In this document: positions 28,489 through 32,000 of the stretch, in pieces | Layout of the letters: every line of letters begins with the position of its first letter | Position numbering within the stretch: position 1 is the stretch's first letter | Assembly (NCBI RefSeq): GCF_000186885.1 | Contig: NC_014972.1 | Location: 1,230,001 to 1,262,000 of the forward strand | Source of the DNA: Desulfobulbus propionicus DSM 2032 | GTDB lineage: Bacteria > Desulfobacterota > Desulfobulbia > Desulfobulbales > Desulfobulbaceae | Reading direction: 5' to 3' | DNA: 32,000 bases | Translations under genes and position numbers: made by a program | Notes under the pieces: model-generated | Told to the model about the DNA's origin: nothing | Seen by the model: only the letters and a program-made list of their open reading frames with translations | Databases searched by the model: none

Positions 28489-29378
28489 TCATCAGCGGCA
28501 AGGGCGGCACCGGCAAGACCAGCCTGACCGCTGCTTTTGCCGCCTTGGCCCACAACAGTATACTCTGCGACGCCGATGTCGACGCCGCCGACCTGCACCT
28601 GCTGATGCAGCCAGCAGTGCGGCAGCGCACCGACTTCATGGGCGGCAGCAAAGCCGTGATCAACCCCGACCTGTGCACCGGATGCGGGACCTGTCGTAGC
28701 CTCTGCCGCTTCGGAGCCATCACCGAAGCCTTTGAGGTCGACCCCATCCGGTGCGAGGGTTGCGGTGTTTGTGTGGATTTCTGCCCGGAGGCGGCCATCG
28801 ATTTTCCGGTGCAGCGCTGCGGCGAATGGTACATCTCAGAAACCCGCTTCGGTCCCATGGTCCATGCCCGCCTGGGGATCGCCGAGGAGAACTCGGGCAA
28901 GCTGGTCAGCCTGGTGCGCAAGGAGACTCGGCAGCTCGCCGAGAGGCACGGTTGCGATTTGATGCTGACCGACGGTCCGCCGGGCATCGGCTGCCCGGTG
29001 ATCGCCGCCATCGGCGGGGCCACCGCCCTGGTGATCGTGGTCGAACCGACCGTTTCCGGCATCCACGACATGGAGCGGGTGATCGATCTTGCCGCCCATT
29101 TCAAGGTGCCGGGCATGGTCTGCGTCAACAAGTTCGATCTCAACCCGGAGATGACCGAGGCCATTGAAACCCTGGCTGCCAAGCGCAACGCCGCCTTGCT
29201 TGGCCGGGTGCCCTTTGATCCAATTTTCACCCGGTCGATGGTGGCCGGCAAGACCCTGTTCGAATTCGGTGAAGAGTCGCCGACCCATCAGCGGGTGCGG
29301 GAGATCTGGGCCAAAATCATCAATTCACCGTCCATGAACCCGTTGGGGATCGTGGACTTCAACGCAACGATTCAATAA
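28473..29378 (+). CDS. Second MinD/Mrp-like P-loop ATPase with internal 2x[4Fe-4S] ferredoxin domain
   Basis: MRELVIISGKGGTGKTSLTAAFAAL, CTGCGTCRSLCRFGAI...CEGCGVCVDFCPEAAI, LTDGPPGIGCPVIAAI. The track extends to 28404. Confidence 0.92.
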   Translation: MRELVIISGKGGTGKTSLTAAFAALAHNSILCDADVDAADLHLLMQPAVRQRTDFMGGSKAVINPDLCTGCGTCRSLCRFGAITEAFEVDPIRCEGCGVCVDFCPEAAIDFPVQRCGEWYISETRFGPMVHARLGIAEENSGKLVSLVRKETRQLAERHGCDLMLTDGPPGIGCPVIAAIGGATALVIVVEPTVSGIHDMERVIDLAAHFKVPGMVCVNKFDLNPEMTEAIETLAAKRNAALLGRVPFDPIFTRSMVAGKTLFEFGEESPTHQRVREIWAKIINSPSMNPLGIVDFNATIQ

Positions 29379-29405
29379 CAAATAAAGGAACAAGGAGAAA
29401 AACCA

Positions 29406-29780
29406 ATGGTGCGATTAGCCATTCCCTCCGAGGGACAAGGCGGGCTGGACGGCATGCGGGCCGGTCATTTCGGGCACTGCGACGTGTTTACCTGCATCGA
29501 TGTCGAGGACGGCCAGATCAAGCAGGTCTCGATCCTGCCCAACCAGGAGCATGTGCAGGGCGGCTGCATGGTGCCGGTCACCCTGCTGGCCCAGGCAGGC
29601 GTCAACGCCCTGGTGGTTGGCGGCATCGGCATGCGGCCGCTGATGGGTTTTCGTCAGGTCGGCATCGAGGTCTACCACGACGGTGTCCGTCCGGAGATCC
29701 GGCCGGTGGTCGAGGACTTCATCGCCGGCAACCTGCCGAAAATCGCTGACAACCAGGTCTGCGGTGGCGGCGGTCACTGA
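29406..29780 (+). CDS. NifX/NifB-like (dinitrogenase Fe-Mo cofactor domain) protein
   Basis: MVRLAIPSEGQGGLDGMRAGHFGHCDVFTCIDVEDGQIKQVSILPNQEHVQGGC; C-terminal VCGGGGH. Confidence 0.85.
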   Translation: MVRLAIPSEGQGGLDGMRAGHFGHCDVFTCIDVEDGQIKQVSILPNQEHVQGGCMVPVTLLAQAGVNALVVGGIGMRPLMGFRQVGIEVYHDGVRPEIRPVVEDFIAGNLPKIADNQVCGGGGH

Positions 29781-29801
29781 CCTGAACGGCAAGGAGGAAG
29801 A

Positions 29802-30161
29802 ATGAAAATTGCGGTGACATCCAAGGGCGTCCTGCTGGACAGCGAGGTCGATCCCCGCTTTGGCCGGGCGCCGTATATCCTGATCGTCGAGACCGACACC
29901 ATGGCCTTCGAGGTGGTGGATAACAGCGACAACGTCAATGCCTTCAAGGGGGCGGGCATTCAGGCGGCGACCATGGTCAGCGACAAGGGCGCCAAGGTGC
30001 TGATGACCGGCTATTGCGGCCCGAAGGCCTTCGCCACCCTGGAGGCTGCCGAGATCAAGGTGGTCAGCGACGTGACCGGCAAGGTTCGCGATGCGGTGGC
30101 CGATTTCAAGGCGGGCAAGATACTCTATTCGACGGCGGCCAACAAGGAGGCCCACTGGTAA
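29802..30161 (+). CDS. NifX/NifB-like protein, ORP/MTH1175-like
   Basis: MKIAVTSKGVLLDSEVDPRFGRAPYILIVETDTMAFEVVDNSDN...GAGIQAATMVSDKGAKVLMTGYCGPKAFATLEAAEIKV. Confidence 0.85.
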   Translation: MKIAVTSKGVLLDSEVDPRFGRAPYILIVETDTMAFEVVDNSDNVNAFKGAGIQAATMVSDKGAKVLMTGYCGPKAFATLEAAEIKVVSDVTGKVRDAVADFKAGKILYSTAANKEAHW

Positions 30162-30192
30162 GGCGTACTGGAGCCAATCCGTCGATAAAACG

Positions 30193-30240
30193 AAAGCCGG
30201 ACAGCGGGGCGACATGTTCGCCTCCTGCCCGGCTTTTTTT
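30193..30240 (+). terminator. Intrinsic terminator at the end of the ORP-like cluster
   Basis: AAAGCCGG.CAG..GGCGA-CATGT-TCGCC..CTG.CCGGCTTTTTTT. Confidence 0.88.
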
Positions 30241-30270
30241 GTAGATATACAACTTGAAAGTAAGTTGGAA

Positions 30271-32000
30271 TCAGATCTTGAAGGTGTTGACGATCCCCTG
30301 GAGCTCGTTGGCCAGCTGCTGCAGGGTGTCGGCACTCGCCTTGACCTGCCGGCTGCTGCCGGTGATTTCGTTGGCCGCCTGGTTGACTCCGGCGATGTCC
30401 TGGGTGATGGTGCCGGCCACGGCTGAACTCTGGCTGACATTTTCGTTGACCTCGGCCAGTCCCTGCGAGGCTTGGGCGATGTTGTCGGCGATCTCCCCGG
30501 TGGCCGCCGACTGTTCACCCACCGCAGTGGAGATGGTGGCCACGATTTCGTTGATGCTGTTGATAATCTTGGTGATTTGGTTGATCTCCTCCACCGTCGA
30601 CTGGGTGGTGCCCTGAACGCCGGCGATCTGGTTTTTGATATCCTGGGTGGCGGCGGCGGTCTGTTTGGCCAGTTCCTTGATTTCGTTGGCGACCACGGCA
30701 AAGCCCTTGCCGGCCTCGCCGGCCCGGGCCGCCTCGATGGTGGCGTTGAGCGCCAGCAGGTTGGTCTGCTCGGAGATCTCGGTGATCGCCTCGGTGACCT
30801 TGCCGATCGCCTGCGCCGCCTGACCCAGTTCTGCCATCTTGTTCGAGGTGCTGGCCGCCTGGTGCACTGCCTTTTCCGAGATCGAATGGGCCTGTTCGGC
30901 GTTCTGGGCGATCTGGTTGATGGTCGCGGTCATCTGTTCGGCGGCGCTGGCCACCATGGTGGTGTTGGTGGTCGATTGCTCCATGGCCGCGGCCACGCCG
31001 TTGAGGTTGGCGCTCATCTCCTCGGCAGCGGTGGCCACGTTGTTGGCTCGACCCGAGGTATGTTCGGCATTCTTGGAAAGCGCGGCGGCAATCCCGGCCA
31101 GTTCGCCGACCGACAGATGCACCGACTGGGTGTTGCTGCTGATTCGGCCGATGATCTGTTGCAGTTTTTCGATGAAAACATTGAACCAGGTGGCCAATTC
31201 GCCGACCTCATCCTTGGAGGTGACAGCCAGGCGCATGGTCAGATCGCCCTCGCCCTGGGCGATGTCCTTGAGTCCCTCCACGGCCTTGTTGATCGGTTTG
31301 GTGATTGCCGTTGCCGCCAGAAAGATAAGGACGGCGGCCAGCAGCAAGGAAGTCATGGCGATCCACAGGATGGTCCGCTTCAGGGCATTGACGCTGGCGA
31401 GAAACTCATTCGATTCCTGCGTCGCCGCCACGCTCCAGCCGGTGGTGGCAATCGGCGCGTAACCGGCAATCTTGTCCAGTCCCTGGTAAACGTATTTCTC
31501 CACACCGGTCTTGCCCGCCATCATGGCGTTGGTGATGGTTTCCATGCCCTTGAGTGTCTTCAAATCGAGTTGAAGGACATTCTTCTCCACCACATGGGCA
31601 ATGATGATGCCGTCCTTGTTGATCATGAAGGCATAGCCGGTTTCGCTGATTTTGTTGTCCGTCACCAGGTGGGTCAGGGCAGAGGCCTTCATCGACATCC
31701 CGAATGCCCCGAGAAATTCGCCGGAATCCGAGAGAACAGGCGCGCAGGCGACACTGATGATTTCCCCGGTTTTTTGCGAACGCACCACATCGCCGAACAC
31801 GGGCTTGCCGCTTTGCTTCACCGTCTGGAAGTAGGGCCGCTCGGCGATGTTGGAGCCCTTGTACTCGCTGCCGTCGGCCAGTTCGCCGGTGTAAAGCGTG
31901 CCCTTGGCATCGGTGATAAAGATACCCAGGTAATTGTTCCCCAGGGTCTTGAACTTGGTCTTCATCAGCTGGCGGAGAACCTGAATGGACGAAGCGGCGC
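30271..32000 (-). CDS. Methyl-accepting chemotaxis protein (Cache-like sensor, HAMP, MCP signalling), partial at the N-terminus
   Basis: [19 protein letters not shown]...[21 protein letters not shown] cache-like region, HAMP after [42 protein letters not shown] hairpin tip. The frame stays open past 31965 to the window edge. Confidence 0.93.
   Translation of the reverse strand, partial: AASSIQVLRQLMKTKFKTLGNNYLGIFITDAKGTLYTGELADGSEYKGSNIAERPYFQTVKQSGKPVFGDVVRSQKTGEIISVACAPVLSDSGEFLGAFGMSMKASALTHLVTDNKISETGYAFMINKDGIIIAHVVEKNVLQLDLKTLKGMETITNAMMAGKTGVEKYVYQGLDKIAGYAPIATTGWSVAATQESNEFLASVNALKRTILWIAMTSLLLAAVLIFLAATAITKPINKAVEGLKDIAQGEGDLTMRLAVTSKDEVGELATWFNVFIEKLQQIIGRISSNTQSVHLSVGELAGIAAALSKNAEHTSGRANNVATAAEEMSANLNGVAAAMEQSTTNTTMVASAAEQMTATINQIAQNAEQAHSISEKAVHQAASTSNKMAELGQAAQAIGKVTEAITEISEQTNLLALNATIEAARAGEAGKGFAVVANEIKELAKQTAAATQDIKNQIAGVQGTTQSTVEEINQITKIINSINEIVATISTAVGEQSAATGEIADNIAQASQGLAEVNENVSQSSAVAGTITQDIAGVNQAANEITGSSRQVKASADTLQQLANELQGIVNTFKI

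Overview
32-kb window from a GC-rich, probably anaerobic deltaproteobacterial (sulfate-reducer-like) chromosome. The taxonomy is inferred from gene content only. The window is mostly housekeeping or metabolic: RNase E/G (partial), GT2 glycosyltransferase, SPL-like radical SAM protein, EI24-family membrane protein, processive GT2, DUF2799-like lipoprotein, RluA-type pseudouridine synthase, hybrid histidine kinase, fused 5-oxoprolinase, rhodanese-MBL protein, L,D-transpeptidase, CinA-like protein, adenine deaminase, MFS transporter, methyltransferase, CoADR/NADH-oxidase-rhodanese, enoyl-CoA hydratase, TetR regulator and a partial MCP. The most system-like locus is 24.7-30.2 kb: a sigma54-dependent regulator followed by a NifX/NifB-like protein, a DUF5320-like small protein, a degenerate receiver-domain protein, two ferredoxin-containing MinD/Mrp-type ATPases and two more NifX/NifB-like proteins. 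It resembles the orange-protein (ORP) complex loci of Desulfovibrio but is fully co-directional, with a candidate -24/-12 promoter, a candidate enhancer palindrome and an internal intrinsic terminator. Other leads are an SPL-like radical SAM protein that seems to lack the spore-photoproduct-lyase catalytic Cys region, a rhodanese-MBL fusion with a substituted HxHxDH motif, and a promoter/hairpin/17-aa-ORF unit at 3.53-3.99 kb. No CRISPR array, tRNA, rRNA or mobile element was recognised. All calls were made by eye from sequence and translations, with no database search.
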